This document shows, piece by piece, positions 10,389 through 20,596 of a stretch of DNA of 64,000 bases. The DNA is from Candidatus Hydrogenedentota bacterium (GTDB lineage Bacteria; Hydrogenedentota; Hydrogenedentia; Hydrogenedentales; JAEUWI01). The notes beneath the pieces were generated by a model, which saw nothing but the letters and a program-made list of their open reading frames with translations, did not search any database and had not been told where the DNA came from. Position 1 is the stretch's first letter. Each line of letters opens with the position of its first letter. The position numbers and the translations under genes were made by a program. The stretch covers positions 1 to 64,000 of the forward strand of contig JAXMOL010000046.1 in assembly GCA_034669905.1 (NCBI GenBank), written 5' to 3'.

Positions 10389-13300
10389 CTACTTCGTCGG
10401 CTCGAGCCGAAGGGCCCGCAGATCGATAAGGACGTTCTTCAGGGGACCGTCCGGACGAAATACCAGCCGCTGTTCGCCGGGTTCCAGCTTGATTTGACCG
10501 ATTTTCCGGGTGAAGTAGCGGTCCCAGGTACCCGTACCTGTTACGACGCCGGTCAACAGGTTCTGTCCCACTTCCAGGCGGTAACTGTTGCCTGTCGAGG
10601 TGTTGTCGCAGCAATACTCCATGACCACATCATAGGTCCCCCCCGCTTCGGTCTTGAGCTTCCAGACGGCGTGGTCGTTGGCGCTGCCCCAGTGGCCCAG
10701 GTTGTTGTAATCCGATTCATAGACCAAAGTGTCACCATAGATTTCTGCGTTGGTGGCGAGCAACTCGAGCACCTGCGCGTCGTTGGGGGTGACCAACTCC
10801 GGTGTGTTGTTTTCGAAGGACTTGGGTTTCAGGTCTTCCCCCCGCACGAAGGCGATGAGGTTGGCCATGTCCTGTTCATTGAGTCCTTCTTCGAGACCGA
10901 GGGGCATGATGGAGAGGTCGCCTGCCGTCATGGATTCGATTTCTGTCCGAAGGATCGTCTGCTGGACACCCCCGGCGTTGATCAGGGTGATGTCATTGGC
11001 GCTCTCATTGGCCAAGACGCCCGTGATGGTTTCCAGGTTGGTCGTTTCCACCGTGTAGCTGGTGTAACGGCCTTCGACTGCCCGATTGGGATCCAGAATC
11101 GCGGTGATAAGCGTTTCGAAAGAGCCGCTGGCGGCGGCGGACAGGTCAGGTCCCACCACAAAGCCCAGGTCCCCTATCTGATGGCAGGTGGCACACCGTT
11201 CCGCGAAAATGGCCTGTCCAGCCGTCCTATCGCCAGCCAGCTTTGCCGCGGCACGAAAACGCTCGACTACGGCCACGCGGTCCGCATCAACCAGTCCGGT
11301 CATGAGGGTCGCGACCCGTTGTTGGATGGCAGGATCGGGATGGGTGAGCAGGCGCTGACGTTGCACGGCATCAAGTTGGCGTGTGGTGATGTCGCCCGAT
11401 TCCAGGTGGGCCACGATAAGCTCCACGCCCGCGTCTTGCCCCAGGAGGATGTCGAGCACACTCCCGCGCATGTCGTGGGTAAAGGTGTTCCAACGGGTCA
11501 GGAGGCTTCCCAGGGCGTCGGTGCCTCCACACCGGGAGAGTGCCTGTATAGCACCGTGTACGACGGCCAAGGCTTCTTGTGGCTGGATAAGGGACTGCAA
11601 CAGGGCGACATCGTCTTCCAATGCGACTGCATCCCGGCCCAGCATACTGAAGGCCTGAAGGCGCAAGGCTTCCGCTTGCCCGGGATCGGGAGCAATTTGA
11701 CGGGCCGCAATGGTCGCAGGCTCCAGGAGACCGCCGTCTTTCAAGAGGGACGACACGGTGGCCTGCTGACGTGCTGTGGCCAGCAGGGCTTGCGCGGCAA
11801 CGAATACCCGTGTATCCGGTGCGTCTTCATAGGCCAGCACCGCGGTCGCAAAATCGGTCAACAGGTCGCTTTGGTCGGATAGTTCCGCCATCCGCGTCAC
11901 CATGGCTACAAGTTGCTTCGCCCGGGTGTCGTCCACCCGGTTGCTGCGGGTCCAGGTGGCCAGATCACGAACGATGTGGGGCAGGTCGGATTCATCGAGG
12001 CTGCTGAATACGGCGGCGCCGACGATGCGGTCTTCGTGGTGTTTCAACAGGAGCGCACCCAAGGCGACGGGAGCCCGGGGATCATCCAGTTCTCCCAGGC
12101 TGTAGGCCGCCTGGAGGCGCAATTGATAGTCGCCACTGTTCATGGCAGCGAGGACCCGTTCTGCGAGCTCGGGAACGTCGTTGAGAAGGGGCTCCGCGAG
12201 GCGAATGGCGTGTCGTTGTAGGCCGGGCTCCGTGCCCGGTTCCAGGCAGGTTAAGAGCAGTTCGGGGGTTAAGGCGTGCATACCGTCCAGGGCACCGAGG
12301 GCATGAAGCTGTGCGAGGGGGTTCTTGCTGCTGGTGACGAGGGTCTTCAGCGCGGGCACCGCGGCCCGATCCTGGCGTTCAAACAAGAGGCGCTGGGCCG
12401 TGTCACGCACCCAGGGGTTGTCTTCCTCCAGCGCCGCGACCAATTCGGTGGCGCTCAGCGTGTCGAGGCGCTTAAAGGGCCGGGGCTCTACGCCAACCGG
12501 ATAAACCCGGAAGATGCGGCCCATATCATTGCCTTTGGTGAAATCGGTTCGGTCCTGGTCGAGCTCCGAGATATATTCCGGATGCTCAATGGTCTCCCGG
12601 TGCATGTCGGCGACCCAGAGGGCACCGTCCGGTCCATTGCGCACCATGACCGGGCGAAACCAGTTGTCGGTGGAGGCGATGAATTCGGAGCGCTCCTCGC
12701 CGGGTGCCCGTTGCCCGGCAAAGGTGTAGCCGTTGGTGCGGATTTGTGCGCGGGTGACCAGGTTGTGGACTGGTTCGCACGCGAAGGTGTTGTGCATGAA
12801 CGGTGCACCAAGAAGTGTGTCCCGATAGATCTCAATGCCGCAAATAGAGGTGAATTTATTGGCCTGATCGTGGTCGTTGAAGCGCGCCAGCACCCGGCTG
12901 ACCGGATAGTTGCTGCGGTCGGGCATGAGGGTCACGCGGGCATCGGGGACCGGAATGTGGGGATTGCGTTGGGTGTAGAGCGCATTCAGGGCAAAGTGGA
13001 ATCCCTGGTTGGAATTGCTGCAGCCAAACCAGTTTCCCCAATTGTCCCGGGACCGACCGTATTGGGTCTGGCCCGCCAGCGGTTGAATCCGGCCGTCATC
13101 GGGACTGATGCGGAAGTCCCGACCACGCAACGTCATCTGGTCATCGCTCTTCAGCGAGCGAATTTCCCCGCTGCTGTCCCCGTTGGCGCCATGGAGCCAG
13201 TTGTCAAGACCCCAGCGAAGGCCATTGACCCGGTGCTGTTGGTTGCCTTCGCCAAAGCCTTCATAGAGAATTTCCTGGGTATCCGCCTTGTCATCCCCAT

Positions 13301-15485
13301 CGGTGTCCACGGCAAAGATGATGTGCGGGGCCGCTGTCACCAGGACACCGTCGCGCCAGGGATGGAGCCCCGTGGCAAAGCCGAGTCCATCCAAGAAGAT
13401 GGTCGACTGGTCATAGCGTCCGTCGCCGTCCGTGTCACGCAAGACGCGAACCCGGCTACCCGGTTTGTTCTCCACTTCGTCGAGTCCTCGGGGATAGTCC
13501 CGCATCTCCATGACCCAAAGGGCCCCATCGGCCCCCCACTCCATGGCGACCGGATCCATCACCAACGGTTCGGAGACGACCAGTTCCGCCTGATAACCCG
13601 GGCGCAGGTGCAGGGTGTCTACCGCTTTTTCCGGGGTGCTGGTCGCGGTGGTGGCGGTTCCGAGTAATTCGTTGAAGGAGCGTCGGTCGACCAGATCGGG
13701 CAAGGTCGCGGTGTGTTCATTCATCATCCAGAGATGTCGGGAATGGAACCAGACGCCATTGTTCTTTCCTTCGACCGTTATGGCCGGGAGTTGTTCCCCT
13801 TCTGGGAGAGTACTCGCGCCCCAGCCGGATTTCAGATCCTGAAAGAGATGTACGCTGGCGTGGTTTTCATTGGAGAATACGATATCGTCATCGCCGTCCT
13901 CATCCAGATCGACAAAGCGCAGCCCGAGGTCCTTACCTCCAGCGTCGATAAAGCGCACGCCTTCGGGCAGGGAAAAATCCAGCCGTTTCCATCCGTCGTG
14001 CCACTGATACACACCGTTCTCCGTCGCCGTTCCGACGATCAACTCGGTGACGCCATCTCCGTCCAGATCTCTAAACCGAAACCCTGCGTCTTCCCCGTCT
14101 TTGGCGAGGTTCAGGGCGGCCGTGGCACCGGCGACGTCGGCCAGGGGCGTCCAGCCTTCCCGGTTGTAGGCATAGGCTTCACCGGCAGGCAGGACGGCCA
14201 GGGTGTCGCTCCGTTCGTCGAGCTCGGCGGCAAAGCGCACGCCACTCATGGTGCCATTGGGTTTTACCACCGAAAAGGGTAAGGGCTGTTCCAGCCAGGT
14301 TCTGGAGGCGTTGTTCCACACGCGGGTTTGCTGTACGACGCCATTGCCGATGAGTACATCCTGGTAGCCATCCTGATTCAGGTCGAGGAGACGCACGCCG
14401 TTGTCTTTCCCCTCGCCGTCGCGAAGCCCCTGGCCAGCGAGCAGGTTCTTGTTGAGCCGTTCATTAACCTCGGCCATATTGAGGAACTTGACCTTGTTCC
14501 CGTGGGTGGCCACCACGTGATCGATGAGCTCCACTACCTGGGTGTTTTCGATCCAGCCATGGGGGTGATAGACCAACGTGTAAACGCCTTGCTTGATGAC
14601 CGTGGCGTCGATGGCGGCCTTCATATCTTCTACCGAGCGGGGCGCATTCACGCCATTCAGGTTCTGGGCTTCCCAATCACTGGGTACCGTCGCCGGTAGT
14701 TCCCAACAAACCTGATTGATGACGTAGGGATAGGGATAATCTTCAATCGTATTTACGAAGGAAGGAAAGGGCAGGTATTTACGAAAACGTTCCTGGCCGT
14801 CGGCGTCCAGCACGAGTTCCCGCGGCAACGCGGGATCATCGGGCGTCGTGATATTGAAGATGGACGAATCAATGGTGAGGAAGCTGCCGTCTTTGGCGAC
14901 GCCATCGAAGATGCCTTCATAGAATCGCGGGCTGGGTGTATTTTGCGAGTCACAGCAGGGCATGCGATAGGCCACGGGCGTGTTGTTGGGAATCTGATTC
15001 AACAGCGCGGTGCAATCGTGCACATTGTCGTGGGCCCAGTCGAAGCCCTGGTCATGGAGGAGCGGACAGGGGTGAGAGATGGTGTGCACGTCGATACTAC
15101 AGCCATCCTTCAAGAGGTCTTGCAACAGCGGATTGGCCGGGTCGGGCTTATTGGAAAAAATCGTTACCGGGCCACGTCCGTCGATTGCTTTCAGGCGATC
15201 CAGAATGGGACGCAGATAGGCCTCGTATTTCACGGGGTCACTCATATCGTCTATGGAGAGGAGAACGACCGCCTCGACGCCTTCCTCGCCGACCCACATT
15301 GGGGTGGTCAGCTTGGGAAAGTCGCGGTGCACGTAATAGGGATCCGTACTATCCAGATGGACAAGGCGGTTGGCATCTGCGGCGCCGGCGACTTGCGACG
15401 GGCCGAAGGCCAGGACGCTCAGGGCGAAGAGCGTGAGGCCGCGGGTCAGGGTGTGGGCCAATGGGGCGTGGTTCTGGTTCATCAT
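10389..15485 (-). CDS. Multidomain secreted protein: NodB-like polysaccharide deacetylase + FG-GAP repeats + PVC-type dehydrogenase-like beta-propeller + HEAT repeats + cytochrome c + C-terminal beta-sandwich (CBM-like)
   Basis: LSIDD, HTISHP, YRMP, LVYH (CE4-like motifs); DLNQDG/DLDGDG/DLDEDG repeats; ELVVSEPLVMDPVAMEWGADGALWVMEMRDYP (PVC-type propeller start); CATCH..GPDL..SIMP heme c site. Confidence 0.8.
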   Translation of the reverse strand: MMNQNHAPLAHTLTRGLTLFALSVLAFGPSQVAGAADANRLVHLDSTDPYYVHRDFPKLTTPMWVGEEGVEAVVLLSIDDMSDPVKYEAYLRPILDRLKAIDGRGPVTIFSNKPDPANPLLQDLLKDGCSIDVHTISHPCPLLHDQGFDWAHDNVHDCTALLNQIPNNTPVAYRMPCCDSQNTPSPRFYEGIFDGVAKDGSFLTIDSSIFNITTPDDPALPRELVLDADGQERFRKYLPFPSFVNTIEDYPYPYVINQVCWELPATVPSDWEAQNLNGVNAPRSVEDMKAAIDATVIKQGVYTLVYHPHGWIENTQVVELIDHVVATHGNKVKFLNMAEVNERLNKNLLAGQGLRDGEGKDNGVRLLDLNQDGYQDVLIGNGVVQQTRVWNNASRTWLEQPLPFSVVKPNGTMSGVRFAAELDERSDTLAVLPAGEAYAYNREGWTPLADVAGATAALNLAKDGEDAGFRFRDLDGDGVTELIVGTATENGVYQWHDGWKRLDFSLPEGVRFIDAGGKDLGLRFVDLDEDGDDDIVFSNENHASVHLFQDLKSGWGASTLPEGEQLPAITVEGKNNGVWFHSRHLWMMNEHTATLPDLVDRRSFNELLGTATTATSTPEKAVDTLHLRPGYQAELVVSEPLVMDPVAMEWGADGALWVMEMRDYPRGLDEVENKPGSRVRVLRDTDGDGRYDQSTIFLDGLGFATGLHPWRDGVLVTAAPHIIFAVDTDGDDKADTQEILYEGFGEGNQQHRVNGLRWGLDNWLHGANGDSSGEIRSLKSDDQMTLRGRDFRISPDDGRIQPLAGQTQYGRSRDNWGNWFGCSNSNQGFHFALNALYTQRNPHIPVPDARVTLMPDRSNYPVSRVLARFNDHDQANKFTSICGIEIYRDTLLGAPFMHNTFACEPVHNLVTRAQIRTNGYTFAGQRAPGEERSEFIASTDNWFRPVMVRNGPDGALWVADMHRETIEHPEYISELDQDRTDFTKGNDMGRIFRVYPVGVEPRPFKRLDTLSATELVAALEEDNPWVRDTAQRLLFERQDRAAVPALKTLVTSSKNPLAQLHALGALDGMHALTPELLLTCLEPGTEPGLQRHAIRLAEPLLNDVPELAERVLAAMNSGDYQLRLQAAYSLGELDDPRAPVALGALLLKHHEDRIVGAAVFSSLDESDLPHIVRDLATWTRSNRVDDTRAKQLVAMVTRMAELSDQSDLLTDFATAVLAYEDAPDTRVFVAAQALLATARQQATVSSLLKDGGLLEPATIAARQIAPDPGQAEALRLQAFSMLGRDAVALEDDVALLQSLIQPQEALAVVHGAIQALSRCGGTDALGSLLTRWNTFTHDMRGSVLDILLGQDAGVELIVAHLESGDITTRQLDAVQRQRLLTHPDPAIQQRVATLMTGLVDADRVAVVERFRAAAKLAGDRTAGQAIFAERCATCHQIGDLGFVVGPDLSAAASGSFETLITAILDPNRAVEGRYTSYTVETTNLETITGVLANESANDITLINAGGVQQTILRTEIESMTAGDLSIMPLGLEEGLNEQDMANLIAFVRGEDLKPKSFENNTPELVTPNDAQVLELLATNAEIYGDTLVYESDYNNLGHWGSANDHAVWKLKTEAGGTYDVVMEYCCDNTSTGNSYRLEVGQNLLTGVVTGTGTWDRYFTRKIGQIKLEPGEQRLVFRPDGPLKNVLIDLRALRLEPTK

Positions 15486-15743
15486 ATACTGCCTGTCCTC
15501 TCGAAGGGTGGGACCCGTGGGTCCTCGGAAGATAGTTGTCCTGCGATGGTTAATCTAACGGATAGCTGACACCGGTATCAACGGCACGGGAAAAGAGATG
15601 GAATTTTTCCAGCAAGTCGGGTACTATGCGGGTTCCCGGCGCGGTGAAGATTTTCCGGCTCGGGGCAGTACCCTTTCCCACCAGGGGATTTTGACAGGAT
15701 GCGTGGAGTCCTTCGCGCATCGAATCTATGGAGAAATACAACG

Positions 15744-17051
15744 ATGACAGAACGAACATTTTCGCTGAAACGGCTTGCGGCGCCCGTCGCGCTCAGCCTT
15801 TCCATGCTCAGCACGATAGCCGTCGCGGGACCGCCCGAAGGCTTCACGCCGCTGTTCAACGGAAAGGACCTGGAAGGCTGGCATGGGCACAATCCCCATG
15901 ATTCCGTCAAGGTACCCGCAGAAGAACGGGAGAAAGCCATTGCTTCCTACCAGGACGCCTTCAAGGAACACTGGACGGTCGAGAATGGCGAACTCGTCAA
16001 CGATGGTCATGGCCCCTACGCCACGACCAACAAAGAGTACGGCGATATCGAATTTCACATTGAATACAAGACGGTTCCCCTCGCGGACAGTGGTCTTTAT
16101 CTCCGTGGTACGCCCCAGGTGCAGATTTGGGATACCCGTGAAGAAGGCGGCAAGTGGGAAATCGATGCCGATAAAGGCTCCGGTGGTCTTTGGAACAACT
16201 CGCCCGGCGCACCGGGAAAGAACCCCTCTGCCCTGATGGACAAGCCCTTCGGTGAGTGGAATTCCTTCAAGATTACCCAGCTTGGTGCCCGCACTTCCGT
16301 GGTCTTCAACGACAAGCTCGTCGTGGACAACGCCATTATGGAAAACTATTGGGACCGCAAGTCCCCGTTGCCCGCCAAGGGCCCCATCCACCTCCAGACC
16401 CACGGTGGTGAGATTCGCTGGCGTGACATTTACGTGCGCGAAATTCCTGCCGAAGAAGCCAACGCGAAACTGCGTGGCGATGATGCCGGCTTCACGTCTA
16501 TCTTCAACGGAACCGACCTCAGTGGCTGGACCGGTGCGGTGGATAACTATGAAGTAAAAGAGGGCGCTATCGTCTGCAAGCCCGACCACGGTGGCGTGCT
16601 GCACACGGAAGAAGAGTATGCCGACTTTGTGGTGCGGCTCGAGTTTAAACTGCCTCCCGGTGGTAACAACGGCCTCGCCATTCGCTACCCCGGCACCGGT
16701 AATGCCGCCTTTGATGGCATGACCGAACTGCAGGTGCTGGACGACACGGCGGACAAATACAAAGACCTGGATGCCCGTCAGTACCACGGCTCGAGCTACG
16801 GCAAAATTCCGGTACACCGCGGATACCTGCGTCCCGTAGGTGAATGGAACTATCAGGAAGTTACGGTCAAAGGTTCGACCATCAAAGTCGAATTGAACGG
16901 CAGCGTGATTCTTGACGGTGACCTGAGCACGGTGACGGAATTCATGGGCGAACAGGCCCACCCCGGAAAAGACCTGACGAAGGGTTACTTCGGATTTGCC
17001 GGACACAATGACCCGGTCATGTTCCGGAATATTGCCATCAAGAAACTCTAG
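15744..17051 (+). CDS. Secreted tandem-DUF1080 protein (3-keto-disaccharide hydrolase family), copy 1
   Basis: ATG after GGAG; signal peptide; two domains each starting LFNGKDL.GW / IFNGTDL.GW; IHLQTHGGEIRWRDIYVRE, GFAGHNDPVMFRNIAIK. Confidence 0.88.
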   Translation: MTERTFSLKRLAAPVALSLSMLSTIAVAGPPEGFTPLFNGKDLEGWHGHNPHDSVKVPAEEREKAIASYQDAFKEHWTVENGELVNDGHGPYATTNKEYGDIEFHIEYKTVPLADSGLYLRGTPQVQIWDTREEGGKWEIDADKGSGGLWNNSPGAPGKNPSALMDKPFGEWNSFKITQLGARTSVVFNDKLVVDNAIMENYWDRKSPLPAKGPIHLQTHGGEIRWRDIYVREIPAEEANAKLRGDDAGFTSIFNGTDLSGWTGAVDNYEVKEGAIVCKPDHGGVLHTEEEYADFVVRLEFKLPPGGNNGLAIRYPGTGNAAFDGMTELQVLDDTADKYKDLDARQYHGSSYGKIPVHRGYLRPVGEWNYQEVTVKGSTIKVELNGSVILDGDLSTVTEFMGEQAHPGKDLTKGYFGFAGHNDPVMFRNIAIKKL

Positions 17052-17077
17052 TTTCCTGATGAACAGCTAAGATGCCT

Positions 17078-17116
17078 CGGGGCAGTCATGGTGACATGAC
17101 TGCCCCGTTTTCTTTT
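17078..17116 (+). terminator. Rho-independent terminator
   Basis: CGGGGCAGTCATG-GTGA-CATGACTGCCCCG (13-bp perfect stem) followed by TTTTCTTTT. Confidence 0.85.
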
Positions 17117-17231
17117 GCCAAAGGCTCCCCCAGTCCGGCATGGGGTTTAATTCCAAGCGGCGTTGGGGTACTATCCTCGGAATAACCGTACACCCGGGAA
17201 CCATAACCAGACGTCGCTTTTGGAGAAAACA

Positions 17232-18542
17232 ATGACCCGCTATTCGTCCCCGCTCGTTCGCTACGCCGCCCAGGCCCTTGGCATGGTGGCCTTTGCCGCA
17301 ACGGCTGTTGCCGCACCGCCCGAAGGTTTTGTGCCCCTGTTTAATGGGAAGAACCTCGACGGCTGGCACGGCCACAATCCCCATGACTCGGTAAAAGTAC
17401 CGGCAGAAAAACGGGACGAAGCGATCGCTTCCTACCAACCTGCTTTCCTTGCGCATTGGCGGGTGGAAAACGGCGAGCTGGTCAACGATGGCCACGGTCC
17501 CTACTGCACGACAGACAAGGCCTATGGGGATATTGAGTTTCACCTGGAGTACAAGACCGTGGCCCTGGCCGATAGTGGGATCTACCTTCGGGGTACGCCA
17601 CAGGTGCAAATCTGGGATACGACGGAGGCTGGTGGCAAGTGGGACCGCAATGCCGACAAGGGCTCTGGCGGGCTCTTTAACAACAGCAAAGACGCGCCGG
17701 GACAACTTCCATCCGTCCACGCCGACAAGCCCTTCGGGGAATGGAATTCCTTCAAGATCACCCAGCTGGGTGCCCGCACGACCGTCATCTTTAACGGCCA
17801 GCGCGTTGTGGATAATGCCATCATGGAGAACTACTGGGATCGTGCCAAGCCCCTTCCGGCGACAGGTCCCATTCACTTGCAGACCCATGGTGGTGAGATT
17901 CGCTGGCGTGACATCTATGTCCGCGAAGTGCCCGCCGATGAAGCGAATGCGATGCTTCGGGGTGACGATGCGGCGCTGGGATTCTCTCCCATTTTTAACG
18001 GCAAAGACCTCACCGGTTGGGCGGGTGCCCGTGATGAATATGAAGTGGTGGACGGCGCCATTGTCTGCAAAGAGGGCACCGGTGGCAACCTCTTTACCGA
18101 AGAAGTCTATAGCGACTACATCGTGCGTCTTGAGTTCAAGCTGCCTCCCGGGGGCAATAACGGCCTGGCCATTCACTATCCGGGCGAAGGACGGCCTTCC
18201 ACCGACGGCATGACGGAACTTCAGGTGTTGGACGACACCGCCGAGAAGTACAACGAGTTGGACCCGCGCCAATATCATGGCTCCATCTATGGCATGGTCC
18301 CGGCCCACCGGGGTTACCTCCGTCCCGTAGGTGCGTGGAATTATCAGGAGGTCACCATAAAGGGCTCGACCATCAAGGTGGAGTTGAACGGTACGGTAAT
18401 CGTCGATGCTGACATTGCAGGTATTACGGAATTCATGGACGACAAGGAGCACCCGGGCAAAGATCTCAAGAGTGGCCACTTCGGTTTTGCCGGGCATAAA
18501 GATCCGGTGATGTTCCGCAACATCGCGATTAAGCGTCTATAA
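17232..18542 (+). CDS. Secreted tandem-DUF1080 protein, copy 2 (paralog of the preceding gene)
   Basis: ATG after GGAG; same architecture, with long blocks identical to 15744-17051. Confidence 0.88.
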   Translation: MTRYSSPLVRYAAQALGMVAFAATAVAAPPEGFVPLFNGKNLDGWHGHNPHDSVKVPAEKRDEAIASYQPAFLAHWRVENGELVNDGHGPYCTTDKAYGDIEFHLEYKTVALADSGIYLRGTPQVQIWDTTEAGGKWDRNADKGSGGLFNNSKDAPGQLPSVHADKPFGEWNSFKITQLGARTTVIFNGQRVVDNAIMENYWDRAKPLPATGPIHLQTHGGEIRWRDIYVREVPADEANAMLRGDDAALGFSPIFNGKDLTGWAGARDEYEVVDGAIVCKEGTGGNLFTEEVYSDYIVRLEFKLPPGGNNGLAIHYPGEGRPSTDGMTELQVLDDTAEKYNELDPRQYHGSIYGMVPAHRGYLRPVGAWNYQEVTIKGSTIKVELNGTVIVDADIAGITEFMDDKEHPGKDLKSGHFGFAGHKDPVMFRNIAIKRL

Positions 18543-18566
18543 GGCGCCAAGCTCCCCATTTCCTTT

Positions 18567-18601
18567 AAGGCAGTCCCGGTGCATCCGTGGCTGCCTTTTT
18601 T
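18567..18601 (+). terminator. Probable terminator after DUF1080 copy 2
   Basis: AAGGCAG...CTGCCTT followed by a T run. Confidence 0.55.
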
Positions 18602-18649
18602 GCTACCATGCCGGTAGAGAGAAGCAGCCATAATCCGCAGGAGCATGAA

Positions 18650-20239
18650 ATGACCCTTTTTCCGCAACGTGGCCTCGTTTGGCAGGGATGGGCGGTGCTT
18701 GTGGCAGCCGGAATCCTGGTGATGTCCGCCGCCGCCGCGAAGCGCCCCAACATTGTGCTAATTATGGCCGACGATCTGGGTTACTCCGACCTGGGTTGTT
18801 ATGGCGGCGAGATCGATACGCCCCACCTCGACTCCCTCGCCGCGGAAGGATTGCGCTTCTCCCAGTTTTATAACACGGGAAAATGTCACTCTTCCCGGGT
18901 TTCCCTGATGACAGGCCTCTACTCCAATCAGGCGGGAAGCGCCTCTCTCAGCCGGGGCGTTACCCTGGCGGAAGTGTTGGCCAGCGCGGGCTACGCGACG
19001 GCCATGGTGGGTAAATGGCATCTGGACAAGGAACCCACCGATTTCGGGTTTGAACGGTATTGGGGGCACCTGTCTGGCTCAACGAATTTTTTCACCGGCA
19101 ACGACACGTTCCGACTGAACGGAAGCCCCTGGCCGGTTCCTGCCCAGTTGAACGGTAAGCCCTTTTACACGACCCATGCCGTGGCGGACTTTGGCGAGCA
19201 GTTTCTGCGTGAAATGGCCGAAACGGAGAAGCCCTTCTTTCTCTACGCGGCTTTTAACGCCCCCCACTACCCCTTACAGGCACCGGAAGCGGCAGTACGG
19301 AAGTACGATGGACGTTTCGACGCGGGCTGGGACGAACTTCGTCGGGCACGCCACGCGCGCCAGATTGCTTCGGGATTGCTGCCGGATATGTGGGCGCTCA
19401 GTCCCCGACCGGCACATATCCCCGCGTGGGATAGTTTGCCCTCGGATGAGCAGGAATGGGAAGCCGCTCGGATGGAGGTTTTCGGGGCCATGGTCGATGA
19501 GTTGGACCAGGCCGTGGGCCGTTTGCTGAAGCGTCTGAAGCAGATGGGGCAACTGGAAAACACCCTGGTGCTATTCGTCTCGGACAATGGCGCCTGCCCC
19601 TTCGAGCGCACGCGGGGGCGCGCATTGAACCCTTGGGATCCGAATTCTTATTGGACTTACGATGCGAGTTGGGCCCATCTCGGCAATACGCCCTTTCGGC
19701 TCTATAAACAAAACCAGCATGAGGGGGGAATCTCCACTCCCTTCATAGTCCACTGGCCCCAAGGCCTGCAAACCGCGCCGGGGTCCATAACCGAGCAGCC
19801 GGGCCATCTTATCGATGTGATGGCCACCGTATTGGATCTCACGAAAGCTTCGTATCCCGAATTGGTGGGCGAGCGCGTGATAGATCCCCTCCAGGGAAAA
19901 TCACTGCTACCCATATTTCAGGGGGCCACGCGGAAGCCACATGACACCCTCTACTTCGAGTTCCGGACGGACCGGGCCCTACGCCAGGGACCGTGGAAGG
20001 TCGTATCCGCCAAGCAGGGAAAATGGGAGTTGTACAACCTCGATAGGGATCGAACCGAATTACATGACCTTGCGGAGGAAGAGCCCGCACGCGTAAAGGC
20101 CATGGCGACGACGTGGTTTGATATGGCGCGAAGCCTGGATCGTATTCCCGAAAAGAAGCTGGTGCCGGTCAAAGAGAAGTTGACGCCCCTGGAATTTCGG
20201 AAAGACACGCGATCCGGCGGGGTTCCGGCGAAGCCATAA
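18650..20239 (+). CDS. Arylsulfatase (Cys-type, atypical CHSSR motif)
   Basis: ATG after AGGAG; PNIVLIMADDLG, CHSSRVSLMTG, GKWHL, APHYPLQAP, SDNG, HEGGISTP. Confidence 0.9.
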   Translation: MTLFPQRGLVWQGWAVLVAAGILVMSAAAAKRPNIVLIMADDLGYSDLGCYGGEIDTPHLDSLAAEGLRFSQFYNTGKCHSSRVSLMTGLYSNQAGSASLSRGVTLAEVLASAGYATAMVGKWHLDKEPTDFGFERYWGHLSGSTNFFTGNDTFRLNGSPWPVPAQLNGKPFYTTHAVADFGEQFLREMAETEKPFFLYAAFNAPHYPLQAPEAAVRKYDGRFDAGWDELRRARHARQIASGLLPDMWALSPRPAHIPAWDSLPSDEQEWEAARMEVFGAMVDELDQAVGRLLKRLKQMGQLENTLVLFVSDNGACPFERTRGRALNPWDPNSYWTYDASWAHLGNTPFRLYKQNQHEGGISTPFIVHWPQGLQTAPGSITEQPGHLIDVMATVLDLTKASYPELVGERVIDPLQGKSLLPIFQGATRKPHDTLYFEFRTDRALRQGPWKVVSAKQGKWELYNLDRDRTELHDLAEEEPARVKAMATTWFDMARSLDRIPEKKLVPVKEKLTPLEFRKDTRSGGVPAKP

Positions 20240-20277
20240 GGGCGCTAGTCTTACCGGAAAGTGCTATCGTCAACTAC

Positions 20278-20494
20278 GATGGGCCGGGCTTTCAGCCCTT
20301 ATTGTAAATGGCCTTGGTTTCCTGGGGCTTCGCCCCTGGCTGGTGTGTCTCACGCCTTCGGCGCTACGAAAAAACACTCGGCTATATTCAGGATAACTTT
20401 TGCAGGGCCAGCGGCCCGGCAACATATCAGCATGGGGCAAAGCCCCATGGATTTGTGCCAATAAATTCGTTCAGGGCTGAAAGCCCGTTTCATC
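20278..20494. repeat. REP/REPIN-like inverted doublet of palindromic units
   Basis: CGGGCTTTCAGCCCT (20285-20299) is the exact reverse complement of AGGGCTGAAAGCCCG (20473-20487); inner GGGGCTTCGCCCC and GGGGCAAAGCCCC hairpins also mirror each other; lies between convergent genes. Confidence 0.75.
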
Positions 20495-20596
20495 GCCCTC
20501 CGCAGACACACAGAAAAGTGCTGGCGATACTCTTTTCCGGCGGTGAAGTTACTACGCCGATACCAATAGCAGCCCAACAGTCTGATTTCCCCCGAG

